Shown here: positions 39,701 to 51,829 of the stretch, piece by piece
Layout: each line of letters opens with the position of its first letter
How positions within the stretch are numbered: the stretch's first letter is position 1
Assembly: GCA_035221665.1 (NCBI GenBank)
Contig: CM069139.1
Location: 57,474,001-57,538,000 of the forward strand
Direction: 5' to 3'
Length of the DNA: 64,000 nt
Origin: Okamejei kenojei
Lineage: Eukaryota
Program-made: the position numbers and the translations under genes
Notes under the pieces: generated by a model
Told to the model about the DNA's origin: nothing
What the model saw: only the letters and a program-made list of their open reading frames with translations
The model's database searches: none

Positions 39701-41319
39701 AGAGAAAGGATGACAAATATTTTGTGCAATTTTGTGATTTTGTTTATTCCATTTTGCCCATACAATTATTAATTAAAAAATAATTCAACTAGGTCCGTCA
39801 TGAAATTTTAGAAAAAAATACTTTCTTTTACTTTAATGTATTTTACGTATTTTAAAAAGTTTTTCTGATGCGAACAGGCATATAGTAGCTCTTTAAAAAT
39901 GATATGTTCAGTTTCCTATGTGATCCAAAAGAGGACAACAACTACGGCTCCCTCGTGTAAGGGAAGAACTTAAGAACAGACGGAAATCTATAATCATGCT
40001 CTACTTCGAAAGTCTTCGTTTTAAAGCGAGAATGCAACCCACCACTTCGCGACTGAGAAAAAGCACACAAAGTTTTTTTAATGCAAAGAAACGCCAGGTT
40101 GTTGAGTAAGCAATAAGGCGGTGGATGATCTGTTGTTTCGTGAAGGTCAGGTCACGGGCGAGCTTTTCTCCCGCAGATCATTAGGTGTAATTGGGTAAGT
40201 TTAAGTGGACTTGGGATGCCTGTACTTAAGTTAATAGCAATGACCTTCTTGTGGCTGCCCTGTCCAACATTATTCATCGTTGCCAGGCCGATTTGAAAGC
40301 GATTCCCATTCTGGCTTTCCAGGGGTATTTCAGAATACGACCCCAGTAATGACATTGCGGGAAATCCCATCACATTTTTTGTTTGGTCATTAATATGAGG
40401 CAAGAAAAGCAGATAACAGATCTGAGTACCATTGTGAATCAATCAGGACAAACGTGCACTTCAGCGGTAAATATTGTATTGATCCATCGAATTACAATGC
40501 ATGTGTACAAAGCGCATTGGACTTCATTACAATATACAGTGTAAGTTAAACTACTTTAAATTTAAAAAAAAACATTCCCGAATGATGCACTTGCTATTCG
40601 AATCCCGTCTGTTACTTTGAAAAATATAAACGGAGTCATTTTTCCAAATGCAGATTGACATGGAATATCGATTTAATTACTAAATGAATAAAAATAACTT
40701 AGCCAGCGGAGAGACCAATTGATTGGCTATCACGAAACTTATGTTGCCGTCTCATTTTTATTGTGAAGTAAACGCGAGGAGGGAGGGAGAGAATACGCAC
40801 GAATTGCGTAGAAATGCAGTAGATCAAATTTGATTACATTTGGTCAAAAAACTACCTTTTTTTAACATGGATTCGTTAGAAGCGTGTAATATCTGCTCTT
40901 CGTCGACTCCGTCATGTTCGTATTATAGTTGTTAAATATATTTAAATATGTATACCGTCTTGCTGATTATAAATCAGAGCAACGGCATCTACAGGCTTCG
41001 AAAACTGTACTTTGGTGTGATTGGGAAGGGATACAAGGGTTAAATCGCGTTCCAGCGAGTTCAATCGGCTACATTAGCTTTTAAAGATTCGATGAAACCA
41101 TTGTGGTCCAGTGCATATAATTGACGAAACATGAAACGTTATTAAACACAAGGCTGTGTCATTACATTCTACAGTTAGGGACTCGAACGCAATGCACAAT
41201 AGTGTAAATTGAAATGAAAATATAAATGAAAATTATTACTTAAACTGTTCACATAATTTTGCCATGGCATCCATCTAACGGCAAAAATAACAATGCACAT
41301 CGAACAGAAACCAAGTTTT

Positions 41320-42815
41320 AAAGAAGGAACTGCAGATGCTGGAGAATCGATGGTACACAAAAAGCTGGAGACCAAGACCATTTTTACTTTAAAGATAGAC
41401 GCAACCAAAGATACTAGGGGCACAACATGGTGGAGTAACTAAGCGGGTCAGGCATCATCTCTGGAGAAAATTTGACAGGTGACGTTTCGGATCGGGACCC
41501 TTCTTCAGACCCGACCCGAAACCTCACCTATGGTTTGAAGCAAGGTCCAGAGCCGAAACCTCATCTACCCATTTTCTCCATACGTGCTGCCTGACCCGCT
41601 GCCTTACTCCGGCATTCTGTGTCTATCTTTGCTATAATCCACCACCTGCAGTTCATTTTTATTACATTATACCATTTTTTAAATGTTATTAGTTATTTAA
41701 AATGAAGCAATTTGTAACTAATTATATATTTAGATTTGTGCCCTACAGTCGTTATAGACATGTGAGATTAAACCTATTCTGGTTCTGTGTAGCAAAGGTG
41801 CTTCCTCTTTGACGAGCCGTGTGGCAAAATATGGCCTCTTGCGACGAAGTGCTGCGAATAAAAATGGTCTGTCCTTTCTACACAAATGCGCGCATGCCTT
41901 TCCTCCGCCTTTTTGCGTATCGAGAGGGGATCTCACCACGTTTCTTATCTAAGCTTTGGTTGTCTACAAGTGCATCCCAGTTCTGAATGTAGAACTAAAG
42001 AACTGCAGGTGCTGGGTTATACACAAAAGGACACAACGTGCTGAAATAACCTCTGAAGAAGGGTCTCGATCCGAAACGTCACATCCATGTTCTGCCTGAC
42101 CCGCTAAATTATTCGAGCACATTGCGTCCTTTCCTTTGAACCAACCCTTAGAATTCAAAATGTTGCTCGTAGATTAAATCACTATCACACACAGAGAAAA
42201 TCATTCTTTCGTTGGATAAAGTAGAGTCAAATAAATGGAGAATATGTGTGAGTAAAGACTTGGATGCAGCCTGTTCATCTTGCGGCACACATGGGAAATG
42301 CAAAAAAAAAAGACACAAAGTGGTGGAGTAACTCAGTGGGTCAGGTAGCATCTCTGGAGAACATGGAGAGATGACGTTTCGGGTCGGGAATCATTTTTCT
42401 TCGGACCTTGCCCACGTTCTTCAGTGTCACCTACCCACGTTCTCCAGTGATGCTGCCTGACCCGTTGAGTTACTCCACCACTTTGCCTTTATTTTTGTAA
42501 AAAGCAGATGGCGAGGTAATGGGATTGAGTATAACCTGTCTGGAATATAAAACGCTACTACCAATGCAAGGTCTCCAAGATGCTGCTTGTGCAAAAAAAA
42601 AGAGGCACAGTGCTCGAGTAGGGGGCAAATGGATAGTTGACGTTTCGGGTCGAGACCCATCTTCAGAGTCAATACGAACTCAAGAGTTTAAAGAAGGGCC
42701 TCGACCCGGAACGTCACCTATTCACGTGTTCAGAGATGCTGCCCGTCCCGCTCAGTTACTCCAGCATTTTGTGTCTATCTTGGGTGTAAACCAGCATCTG
42801 CAGTTGCTTTCTGCA
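41320..42815. mobile_element. Cluster of four or more Penelope-tail palindromic elements
   Basis: Repeated gatgctgcctgacccgctgagttactccagca and ctgaagaagggtctcgacccgaaacgtc modules in both orientations. Confidence 0.8.
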
Positions 42816-43143
42816 TATCACTGGCGAACATGATTTTGTGCAGCCACTTTAATAGAGGTTCCCGTGACTTTGCGCAGGGTGGGAGGATAAAGAGATAGGT
42901 ATTACTATCTGATCCTACTTTGATATTCCCTTTCAATATCCGCAACATAAATATACTCAGGGCGTTGCTTCAGTTTTTTTCCCCTCCCATCACAAAGCAG
43001 ATGGCACTTGGCGTATCACTCGTGTGGAAAACAATTAGGGTTTGGGAGAGAAAGGCAAGGGCCAAGAAGGACGACGGTCGCACCGCCCTGCGCATCTAAA
43101 CGTCAAGTGGCTGACACACCTTGGATATCTGTGGCGCCGGTGA

Positions 43144-43215
43144 GGCGCGCTCCCGGTCACAAGGCGCGCTCCCGGTCACAAGGCGCGCTCCCGGTCACAA
43201 GGCGCGCTCCCGGTC
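43144..43215. repeat. 19-bp GC-rich minisatellite (ggcgcgctcccggtcacaa), about 3.8 copies
   Basis: Three perfect copies plus one partial copy. Confidence 0.95.
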
Positions 43216-43528
43216 CCGGCCGCCCAATGGCGAGGAGCAGCGGGCGTCGCGAGCTGCAAGTCCCCAGACCTGAGGCCACGTGCAACGAGTTGTTCCCCGG
43301 GCTCGTTGCAAAACCATGGGCGCGGCCAAAGTGGAGCGACTGCTGCTTCTTGGATGTCCTGATGGATAAAGTGGGTGTTTTGTGCCGTACTCGGGAGCGT
43401 CGCCGCACAGTGCATTGCATTAACGTTTTGGAAGTGCAAAGCTTGGAATTGGTGTTTGGCGAGCTGCCATTGGACACTTGCGTTTCGCCTGGTGTTCCCG
43501 CCACGGTTGGATGTTGGCAAGGGTGTTA

Positions 43529-44327
43529 AAGGCCTGTGCCACTTAGGCGATTTTACAGCGGACTGCTCTCGACTGTCGAGTTCGCGGCAGTCGCCTGAAA
43601 GACCGGGAACTGGAACGGCGACTGTCAGAGTGGAACACACACACACACACACACACACACACATCGCAAAGGCGGGGGCCAGGGCAAAGGGGGGGGGGGG
43701 GGGAGGGAGCGCTGTCTAAAATTCACACGGTATAAAGCCAAGGTGATACAGACACACACAGGGATGAACAGGAATGTTAAGAGGGCTAGCACAGTATACG
43801 TTTAAAAGAGGGGGGAGGGGAGAAGGGGGGAGAAGGAGTGGAGGCACTTTTAAGAAGCCAGACAACTTTTAATAAGCCAGAGATACACAGCTGTGAAGCT
43901 TAGCAGGCATTTAACATTACCGGCTGGTTCTCCTTGGTTCTGAAAACTTGTGCTTATGTTTTTTCCCCCCCAATGAGCCAATGAAAATGCCCAGTCAGCA
44001 AAGGCGATTAACTAAAACTACTTACGACTAGCTCGACTACGTATAACTACATGGCGACCCCACTGCAACTGCACCTATGACTACAAAAGTATCGATTTTC
44101 TCCATGGCGACCAAATTTTGGTTGCAGAATATTTTTCAACATGTTGAAAAATTTGTGGCGACCATACTGAGGCCGCGACTAGTTCCCAGAATGCGGGAAC
44201 TCCTCGCGACCATGAAGGAGACTCACCAGAGATCACCAGCGAACATGTGGTGACCATGTGGCCATCATGTGGCGAGCGCAGAGTCTCCTACACTCGCCTA
44301 AAAAGTCGCCTAAGTGGGACAGGCCCT
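43529..44327. mobile_element. Non-autonomous PIF/Harbinger-like DNA transposon
   Basis: Terminal inverted repeats aaggcctgtgccacttaggcgatttt / aaaagtcgcctaagtgggacaggccct, flanked by TTA on both sides (43526-43528 and 44328-44330). No transposase. Confidence 0.85.
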
Positions 44328-45324
44328 TTAGACATGGTGTGATTGTGTGTTTTCCGCTCCTTCCCATCACTTTGGTCACCACATGGTTTTCATTGCTGCA
44401 TTTTCGTTGGCAGCCAGGTTTTACCACTCTGCCAGTGCTTGACTTTTGTTGCAAAGACTGCCCCAGAGAGACATGGATGCATCCATGCCCAAAGGTTGCT
44501 CATGGGTTATACAAAAAAAAACATTTTGTTTCCAGCGACTTGGCACAGGATAAACTGTTCTTACTAACCTTACCACTGTAATTCAGGACAGTGTTAATTC
44601 ATCCTCCATTAGGATCCAACGATTTGACGTTGGACAGGAATTGCATCTCATCTGGTGTCAAACCTCTGTGGAATGTTTCTCGCCTTTGTTAAGTTCACAT
44701 TCGCATCAGCCCAATTCCAGATCCATAGATGAAATTTAGTGCAATAGTGCATTGGCAGGACACCTTCAGTGCTGCAACTAAGTAGTTAGATGTGTACGCA
44801 CTGATTGATGTCAGTAATGGAGCAGATGGCACTGCACTTGACGTGAAATCCAAAAGAGGTTTCATGTGCAAAATCTAGAGCCTTGTCATCAATACAGGTA
44901 AGACTCTAGCCTTACAGAAGGTAGAGCTGCAACTTATCCAGCAATCCCAAATAAATCAACCAAAGTATGTTACATTTTAAGAAATAGGAAAAAAAAACCC
45001 TGCAATTGTTCAAGGTATACCTAACTGCTTTTTTCCCCCAGGAAAAAAACACTGACACCATTCTACACATGGCATTAGGCATTTTCTACATCTATCGAAA
45101 CCTCAGAAGTAAGCGTGGATTTGGGTGGACCCAGTACTATAATTCAGCTAAATAAACATGAAGTAAAATTAAATGCGGGTGGGGAGTAGTTCTCAGGGTA
45201 AATGTATCTACAGGATGTGTCATTATGCTTCTGTAGTTTATGGTAAAGCTGCTGCACTAATTAAAAAATAAGCCCACAAGGTTGGAATGTGTTTATGACT
45301 AAGTTTAGAAGGTAGGGGCAACAA

Positions 45325-45560
45325 ATTGCAGTTGCTGGTTTACATAAAAGGATACAAAGTGCTGGAGTAACTCAGCAGGTCTGGCAGCATGTCTGGAAAA
45401 CATGTTTCTCCAGAGAGTTACACAAAATGCTGGAGAAACTCAGCGGGTGCAGCAGCATCTAAGGAGCGAAGGAGATAGGCGACGTTTCGGGTCGAGACCC
45501 TTCTTCAGACCCAGATGCTGCCTGACCGGTTAAGTTACTCTCGCAATTTGTGTCCATCTT
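45325..45560. mobile_element. Nested Penelope-tail elements
   Basis: A younger-looking copy (about 45415-45510) sits inside an older palindromic copy. Confidence 0.75.
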
Positions 45561-46724
45561 TGACTGGTTTGTCGGATGATGAAGGTATTGGTGACTGTTG
45601 GGCTACAACATAATGGGGTAATGTATCATCATTGAATGCCAGTAGCTTATTCTTCTATATTTTAAAGATTTTATGTTGTGAAGATTTCATATTGCATCCT
45701 TTATTGATAATTAAAGATTTTTCAGTCAGGTGTGACAATAGCATCTCTTCCCACTTAGTAAATCATGAATGTGGGTTTCACATCTTTTTAATAATTTCTA
45801 CAAGCGATGTCCTTTGGGCCCCCCATTCTTAGTCACGTGTGTGACCAAAAAGATGAAAAATTGTGGAATACATATCTTCTAATTCTGAAAGCATTACAGG
45901 TATATTGTTTTGTACTGCATATATGATTCATATTTTTTCAGTTTATTAAGTGAACATTTTATGTTATGCTGACAATGTTTGTTTAGGATCAGAGGTAAAA
46001 TATGACTGGTCACGTGTGTGACACCACACGAAAGCATTATACAAACTTAAACATTTAAAAAGCTATAATGTTCATGTCTTTAGCAAACATGCATTATAGT
46101 TCTGTAGGTAGGAAAATCGCAATGAATAAGATTAATCTCTTACAAGATTTTTTTAATGTATCACTTCGTGATGACATCTGGTTACGTGTGTGACATTTTA
46201 GTTCACTTTCCAAAGAATGGGCCTTTGACAAGAAGATGACGCTGTTCCAAACAATGTTTTCTGAAAGTTTCCGACCAAAGTTCTGTATTGTCCAGCACCT
46301 GTCGGCAACTACATTTCAAAGCTAATGTTTGATAAGAATATGAAAATATAAAAAGTAAATAATTAATTCACAGGATATCAATAAACCTTAATTAAGCCTC
46401 AACTACTCCCTCAGTCGACCCTTTCCAAGGAGAATCATGTGACCTGCACAGATTATTTTGTTTAAAACAAACTTTTTTAAACATACAGTAAACTCAGGCT
46501 TGCTTTAATTGCGAAGTATTGAATTAAATTCAATTGAATTGAATAAATGTTATTACCAAGTCAATGCCAAACTGTAATCCCCCTAATCCTGTTATTGTAC
46601 AAATGTCATTTTATTTTATAAATTTGTTGTGGTAAAAATGGGAGGGATAATGCATCAATGGATATTGAAATGGAACTATTGAAAATCCCATTTGTATTCA
46701 TTCTTGTCGATTAGTGTAACATTA

Positions 46725-46945
46725 GATAGATACAGACAGTGTGGAAACAGGCCCTTCGGCCCAACTTGTCCATACCGGCCAACATGTACCAGCAACACTA
46801 GTCCCATCTGCCCACATTTGGCTCATGTCCCCCCCAAACCTGTCCTATCCATGTACCTGTCCAACTGTTTCTTAAACGTAGGGATAGTCCCTGCCTCAAC
46901 TACCTCATCTGGTAGCTTGTTCCATACACCCACCACCCTTTGTGG
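46725..46945 (-). mobile_element. CR1-like 3' fragment
   Basis: cctgcctcaactacctcatctggtagcttgttccatacacccaccaccc is the reverse complement of RVVGVWNKLPDEVVEAG. Confidence 0.75.
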
Positions 46946-48899
46946 ATGATATTGGAATTAGATTATATATGGAAAGACTAACATCAAAAAAATACTCCCA
47001 TTGCATTATCCAACTAATGGCTCAAATACATTTTAATTTTTCTGAAAAGGATGGATTTTTTTGCAGTCCATGTATTTTTAAAAGGTAATATTAAAAAAAA
47101 TATTTATAGCAATCAGCTAAAGAATACCAATGCTGCAAGGTGGAACGGTTACTCAGTCTTCAATAGCTTTTATCCAGCACACTCAGCAATGAAATAAAAT
47201 TTAGTAACACCCCCATGCTTTCATCCTGTGTGAGTCTCACATCAGAAGAATCTTCATGACTGCACTAGTATGCCTCCTTTGATTTTTGCTGAAGCTTCCT
47301 TATAGTGCCTTGCAAGTGAGATTCACAATTATGCACTGGGTTAAGAGCTATTTTGTGACTCAATTGTATTTCTATTAGCAACTAAGTATGTGTCACAAAG
47401 AAGATCTGCACCTGGCAAGAAAGAGAGCGAGAGGATGGAAACTTTAATCCGTTCAGCTTGAACTGGCTATTGACCTCTATATCAATTTTGGAAACTCACT
47501 TCTTAGTTTCTCCTTTTAATTTCAGAAAGTCAAATCTACTAAATGTGCAAAGTTAGCTGGGATATGCAATTATAGAAAGAAAATTACAGCCAACTCCTCA
47601 TCTAATTTACAAATCAAAGGAGGATTGAAATTGGAGCTGCAGGAAAAAGGCAACATATCATAACAATACATGGGAGTTGTCTTCTATTAGATTATTCACA
47701 ATAGACACTTTGAATTAAATAAAAGATTTTCAGGATACATTGTGCCATAAGATATACTAACTTGTTTTATTTTTGTAATGTTTACCGTTAATTGTGAACT
47801 AGATCTTTAGAAGTGTCAAATGTATAAATTAGGATCTATAGATATTCATTCTTAAATACATTAAGGTGCAGTGAGAAATTTCAGTGTAAAGAAAGTGCAA
47901 AGTTTCAATATAATTACAATTTTCCCAGTAAACAGTATTAAGCAATAGCCACAGCATGTCTATTCCAATCACAATGCAACTATTTCTGGAGTAGATCAAA
48001 TTTAAAGATGCTCAAATATTTGATTAGCATTTACTGCTGTTATAAAATTAGCTGAGAAGATGTCAGGATTGCATTCTGACAAAGCTGTTACAGGTTTTGA
48101 AATTAGTCTTGGTCATATTTTGCAATGTAAGGTTGTTAAGGTTTGACAACCCACTCACCCTATTGCTTTTTCAAAATATTGGATTTAGGGATACAGACCA
48201 TGCATGGGAAAAGCATTAAAGGTGGTCCATTTGGGAGCTATATTTCTTGGTGTATGTTTAATGCTATTTCATGATCCTATCATAATGGGAATTTAATAGT
48301 GAAAGTAATTATTACATATTCCATGTAACACAACCAAGCTATCATTGGTTAGTCTGAGTTGACTAAGATACTAGCTGGGCCAATTATTAAGGATGGATTT
48401 GACAGTGAAGGTTTTTTTGCATGGATAAACTTATGCATTATAGGTTGCATTTGAAGTAAGGTTTATTTCTGTCCCTGATTCTAATAACATTTTGTTATGC
48501 CTGTCTCATATATTCTCTTCTAAATATTAATTTGCTATAAATGACACAGCTATAAAGATTAATTGTCATTCAGCTGGATGCAATTCCAACACATTTTAAT
48601 CAATGTAAGCAACGTGATATTTTTAAACCACTCACTCTGAACCTATTACATTATGCATTTGATTGGATGCACTATCAATTTCAACACGCAGTTACACTCT
48701 ATGTAACATTCATAAATTAGTTTATAGACAGAAGACCTTGTTTCAGCTTGGCCTGGTTGGTGGTACTTTCTATTCTAAATCAAAATTTTGGGAGTGGGGT
48801 GTGATTGGTGATCCATATCCAAGCTCCATTTTGCATTTTGAGCTAAATTTGTCTATTGTCTATTCCAATGAGGTGGTGAAAAATGCAGCTTTGTTTAAA

Positions 48900-49095
48900 G
48901 GTGCTTTTTCTGTGAAGTGCTAAATTGAGTTCCCCCTGCCTGACTGGATCACACATATCTAAAAGATTCCTTCTGGTTAGATGAAGAGTAAAACGCTTTT
49001 CAGGTTTCTAGCCAAGATTTGTCAGATTACCTGATTATTTGTTTACTTGTATCCTTGAAATGGGGATATTTGCATCCAATGGTTTCTTACAGATT
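48900..49095 (+). mobile_element. Possible ancient DeuSINE (SacSINE1/AmnSINE-like) remnant
   Basis: gtgctaaattgagttccccctgcc...taaaagattcc...gaagagtaaaac...ttctagccaagattt loosely follows the Deu-domain layout as I recall it; heavily diverged. Confidence 0.3.
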
Positions 49096-50227
49096 ATGCA
49101 ATTACACTGATTTTCATCAGTAATGTCCAGGACCCCGATAATCGGAAGCTGAGAGAAGATTGGTGATTGTAGGGCAAAGGGTCATGGACAGGTGATATGT
49201 TGCTTCGTCAAGTCAAGTTTATTGTCATGTGCACAAGCACGGTGAGGTACAGGTATAAAGAAAATCTTACTTGCAGCAGCATCACAGACACATGGACTCA
49301 GACAAACGCACAAAACAAACATTTACATAACATTTATTTAAGAAAAGAAGACAAATTGTTAATGTAAAATCAGAATTAGAAAAAAACATTAATTTACCAG
49401 CCCACGTCAGAAGATTACCTCAAATTTATTTTTTGTTTATTGTCTATTGTTTCCTTTTGGTAAAGATCTGTAATCAGGTAGGTTTATCTGATGAACAGCA
49501 AGTAAACGTCAGACCGCAATAACCATCTTCACCCAAAGAAATGTAGGAGTCAAAAGAAGCTGAAAACCTCCAACTCTGTCAAACAACCAATGGTCAAGAA
49601 CAGCCTCAAAGGATCCATGGGATGGCTCCTGCCTGTAATTTGCCCACCTGACTACTGGGGTGTTTGTTAGATTTTCCTTCACTGTAAGATGAAAAAAAGG
49701 TTTAAAATAAATAAAGGTATGCGACCTTGGTCTTTGAATTGGTTGAATCCCATTTTCTGGGCTTTCTGTGTTTTTCAGGTTCTTATCCCTTCCTGACCTT
49801 TTGGCAGATAGGGTTTAGTACAATAAGGCATCCCAAATTATGAAGACAAGTTTTGGAATTTTCGAATGTTGTGGAAACAGAGAAATTATTTCACCAGCTT
49901 CTTCTTATTGAGTCCACGCACAAGATTAGAAGCTGTCGGCTTCTAGAGCTTCTCGGCATCTGCAGATAATGGTATCGGTCTTGCGCGTCTTGTGTGTGGT
50001 GGTGGAAGATTGGTGAAAACTGGGCCACGACGTGAACACACTTTCCTTGACCCCATTTCACCAGCTGACGGAATCTATAATAGAATACTGTTTAAAATTA
50101 GAGATAGCCAAATTTAGTTTAGTTTAGTATTGTCATATGTACTGAGGTGCAATGAATAGCGTTTGCTGCGTGCTATTCGGTCAAAGAAAAGACTATACAT
50201 TGAGGGTAGGGAAGATTCAAACAAGAG

Positions 50228-50630
50228 GGCATAGAAACATAGAAACATAGAAATTAGGTGCAGGAGTAGGCCATTCAGCCCTTCGAGCCTGCACCGCCAT
50301 TCAATATGATCATGGCTGATCATTTGGGCATGACATGAGAATTAAGGGACAGAGGTTTCGGGGTAACGTGAGGGGGAACTTCTTTACTCAGAGGGTGGTG
50401 GCTGTGTGGAATGAGCTTCCAGCAGAAGTGGTGGAGGCAGGATCGATTTTAACATTTAAGAGTAAAGTGGATAGGTATATGGACGTGAAGGGAATGGAGG
50501 GGTATGGTCTGAGTGCAGGTAGATGGGACTAGGGGAAAACAAATGGTCGGCACGGACTGGAAGGGCCGAGAGGGCCTGTTTCCTGTGCTGTAATTGTTAT
50601 ATGGTTATATGGTTAATTGTTATATGGTTA
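50228..50630. mobile_element. Two CR1 3' ends in opposite orientation
   Basis: 50228-50322 is a minus-strand UTR with (catagaaa)n. 50335-50630 is plus-strand RGNFFTQRVVAVWNELP with a (ttatatgg)n tail. Confidence 0.85.
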
Positions 50631-51504
50631 TATTACACAGTGTATGGGTAAAGGATAAAGGATAGAACATTTAGTGCATGATAAAGTCTGATTAAAGATA
50701 ATTAAAAGGTTTCAGATGAGATAGATGGGAGGTCAGGACCGCACTCTAGTTGATGGGAGGATGGTTCAAGTAGCACTTTTGTGTGTAAGTGGTTTTTGAA
50801 ATCTGAAACTTCCCAAAATAAAATGCCCACTGGCTTGAAATTGACCAGTATTGGTATTTTGTTAAACAACAGTATCAAAGGTATGGTAGAATGGAAGATA
50901 AATTAAAGCAAAGTCCAATTAATCAATGATCTGATTAAAAAGTGGAATGGGATTGAGGGTTTCGGTGACCTGCTCCACTTCCTTTATAAGCTATTTGATG
51001 ACGGAACAAACATATCTATAAAAGCTAATCCTTATTATGGAAACACAAATGGTTCACTAATTATCCTGGACAGGGAGCCCACTAAATTGTTTGGCCTTCT
51101 TGATTCCAATCCCACAATAAATGGTAGAATTATAATGCTTTCAAGATAGTCTGGCAAGTCACCCAATTGTAAACAATCATTTCAAAGTTCAATGATCTAA
51201 TTTGATGTTTTTGGTACCTTGCTGTACGTAAACATTGGCAATTTTCCTACAAATCAGCTACAGCATTAATTATGCATCCCTTGTCATCTTCCAGTTGATC
51301 TGGTTACATGAAGCTACCTTGCCTAGAAATGCCATTAAATGAAGTGAGCTTTTAAAAACAGATTTATTTATTGAAAATGGCAAAAAGATACAATGTGGGA
51401 AAAAAACACTTGAGTTGCAATATTTCCCAATTGCTCAATTCCCATCATATCACCTATTTTTTTTTAGCTCTGCATTCATACTGCACTAATATCTCTATTT
51501 GTGA

Positions 51505-51810
51505 TAGATACAAAGTGCTGGAGTAACTGAGGTCAGGCCATAGCTCTGGAGAAGATGCGGTCTGACCCATCTTCAGATTGAAAGTAGAGGGGGTGGGGGG
51601 GAGGGGGGGGGGGGGGGGGGGGGGGAGAACTGGAGGTAGAACAAAACAGGGCTGGCAACAAATGACCAAGGAAGGGTGGGGCCCATAATTGCCCATTGTT
51701 AGCTGTGGAAGATGTGTTAATGAAGGTATACAGGGATGCGAACAGTGGAACTAGTAGGATGACTAGAGTGAGGAGGGGGAATGCAGGAGTTACTTGAAAT
51801 TAGAAATTAC
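51505..51810 (-). mobile_element. Penelope-like 3' fragment
   Basis: gtgctggagtaact...ccatcttcag...ttacttgaaattagaaa. Confidence 0.65.
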
Positions 51811-51829
51811 TGTCTAATAAAGCACCTAT

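Noticed and set aside
43144-43215. CRISPR-like array
   Set aside because: Head-to-tail repeats without spacers in a vertebrate genome; no cas genes.
43008-43719. Overlapping 115-173 aa ORFs on both strands
   Set aside because: Expected in GC-rich, repeat-containing DNA; no recognisable protein or exon structure, and two run into a MITE.
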